In this document: in pieces, positions 61,651-64,000 of the stretch
Numbering within the stretch: position 1 is the stretch's first letter
Layout: each line of letters starts with the position of its first letter
Assembly: GCA_024679065.1 (NCBI GenBank)
Contig: JAGIQG010000077.1
Location: forward strand, 62,001 to 126,000
Length of the DNA: 64,000 nucleotides
Direction: 5' to 3'
Origin: Sphyrna mokarran
Lineage: Eukaryota
Notes under the pieces: model-generated
The model's database searches: none
What the model was told of the DNA's origin: nothing
What the model saw: only the letters and a program-made list of their open reading frames with translations
Made by a program: the position numbers and the translations under genes

Positions 61651-64000
61651 TTTCGGAAAATTCCTGAACATATTAGGGGAGAGCAGTGCCAGTCAAAGTA
61701 GAACGTTTGGGGAAGTCGATATTGAGTTGACATTATTCTCCTGAGAGCAGAGAAACTTGGGTGGAAATATGGAAGAGATGTGAAACACCATGGAAGCGGT
61801 GTCTGAGGGTGTGAATATTTGATCATAAAATACTCGACATAAGGATATCGAGCAGCTAATATTTTAATATAATTTTTAAGGATGAAATGGGTATTTAAAT
61901 AATGTAGTAATGATAGTTTCAAAGTGAATGGCTAATAAGCCTGGTAGTATTAAATTGCATAACTCAAGGACTGATTGTGTCAGTAAGTTAGCGAAAACAA
62001 ATTTAACCAGAATGATAGTGGGATAGCTTGAGCTTGAGTTTGGACATCACTCGGCACAACATCGAAGGGCCGAAGCACTTGTTCTATGTTGTACTGTTCT
62101 ATAGTCTACATAACTTAAACTTGGGATGATTACGAAATCGGGCATTGATTAAAGGGACAAATAATGTAATTTTGTACTGGGTACAGAGATTCCAACCTGG
62201 AAATTCAGCCGGATGATCGAGCCCTCCTCCAGCAGATTAACTAGATTTGACTTCCCCACACAACGCGGAGTATTAAAATTGTTGTTGTGTTTTGCTAAAC
62301 AACAAGGAAGCCATTTTGTTTAAGGAGTGAACCCACTTACCCGTGTTATCAGACGGGAATATGGATTTCGGATAATGTACTTTGAGGATTAACTACCAAT
62401 ATTCAATTGGATGTCCAAAACTAGGGTAGATCCAGTTAAGTTTGGGGCACATTTAATCTTGCAGATTGCATGTTCATGCAGCAGAAATCCCAAACCAGTT
62501 GCTCACATTCTGCCCTTAATACCATCTCCAACGCAAACAAACACACCCTAAAAATGTTCCTGTAAATTAGCTGAAGAGCCGCCGGAAACATATTTGTTCC
62601 AAATCCTGATAAAAACCGGAATCACACAGGTAACATTTCGTATTGAAAACCTTCTTCTATATTTAGTTAACTCGGATATTGATACATTTTTAACTATTTC
62701 TTGCACAATTACAGTAGAAAATGCAGAATAGAATTTTAAAACCCACTGTGAGAAATTAGAAACAAAGAGAGGTGAAATTTCACTGCAGGCGATATTCCAT
62801 CTTAGAATGGTGGAAATTAACAGAAAGTTCATTTCCGCTTTGGTCGCCATCATATTAATGAGCCCCCAGTCCGCCCGAATTTGCACCGGTCGCACTTTTG
62901 GAATTCTCCTTGCAAAAATAAGAATGTTTCCACGAGACTATAAATTCCGGAAATACACGGTGAGTTCTCTCTGTCCCTCCCTTTTCTCTCCAGTTAAAAT
63001 TTTGGATCCTCATTAAAGGCCAGGCGAGCGTAAAGTGTCTGTGGATGAAAAGAGATCTGTTAGCGTGACACACACCATTATTATAGTGACAGGTGAGACC
63101 ATTGAGTTTCCCCAATCCTTCGCCTCCCCCCCACTGCATTCAATCGGTTCATGGCTGCAAGGTAACTCAACTCACAATCACCCACTAATATTGACTAATC
63201 CTTAATCCCTCCCTAATATAAATCTAACTGTCACATCTCTGGAGTTCCAATTGCCCAATGCTCTATATAGCTTTTTAGTGACCAGAATTGCATTTCGCGT
63301 TCTATGAAGATTTATTATTATCACATATGTGAGTATGCATTGAAATGTAATGATTCTTGCACACTGTGCAGACAAAGTGCATCATGTGAGGAGAATGAAA
63401 GGAGAAGGTGCAGATTATAGTGTTACAGTGATAGTCAGGCTTGAAGAGAAAGTTCAACTTAATATGCGGCAGGTCAATTCTAATGTCTGATGGCAGCAGG
63501 GAAGAAGCTGTCCTTGCGTGACCTCAGAATTACATATCTTTTTCCCGAAGGAAGAAGGTGGAGAAATAAAACATATCCAGGGTGGGTGGCGTTCTTGATA
63601 ATGCTGGCTGTTTATATACAAACATAGAAGATACCAGCAGGGAGAGGTCATTTGGCCCTTCGAGTCTACTCCAGCATTCATTATAATCATGATTGATCGT
63701 CCAGCCCAATCGCTAATTCCTACTTTCTCCCATAACCTTCGCTCCCAAGTGCTGTATCCAGCTGCCTGTTGAATACATTCAATATTTTGGCATCAACTAC
63801 TTCCTGTGGTAATGAATTCCACAGGCTCACCGAGTGAAGAAATGTCTCCTCACCTCGGTCCTAAATGATCTACCCCAAAACCGCAAACAGTGACCCCTGA
63901 TTCTAGACTCCCTCCACTATCGGGAACATCCTTCCTGTATTTACTCTGTTTAGCCCTGATAGAATTTTATAAGTCTCTGTGAAATCACCCCCCATTCGTC

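Overview
Eukaryotic, repeat-rich genomic DNA from a cartilaginous fish, inferred from HE1-type V-SINEs, HER1/CR1 LINEs with (TTCTATG)n tails and SacSINE1-like Deu-SINEs. It contains three assembly gaps. The main host gene is an 8-exon, minus-strand, non-rearranging antigen-receptor-like IgSF gene at 36925-46631, 337 aa as reconstructed by hand. Its exons are a leader, one germline-joined VJ exon with no RSS, a C1-set exon, a transmembrane exon carrying a stalk Cys and an N-terminal Arg, and four short cytoplasmic exons ending in a YxxL (ITIM-like) motif. The ORF track misses the TM and tail exons, but they splice in frame with canonical GT-AG sites. A near-identical second copy of leader/VJ/C1 (4042-5433) lies in a ~10.3-kb duplicated block (1-10291 = 41189-51492) that stops at a 100-N gap, so it may be an uncollapsed allele. 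The 14.8-26.8 kb region is a CR1-mediated tandem array, apparently made by unequal crossover between two CR1 insertions, one of which has a twin-priming-type 5' inversion. The rest is mostly LINE/SINE/Penelope debris and microsatellites, with a few unexplained exon-like segments.
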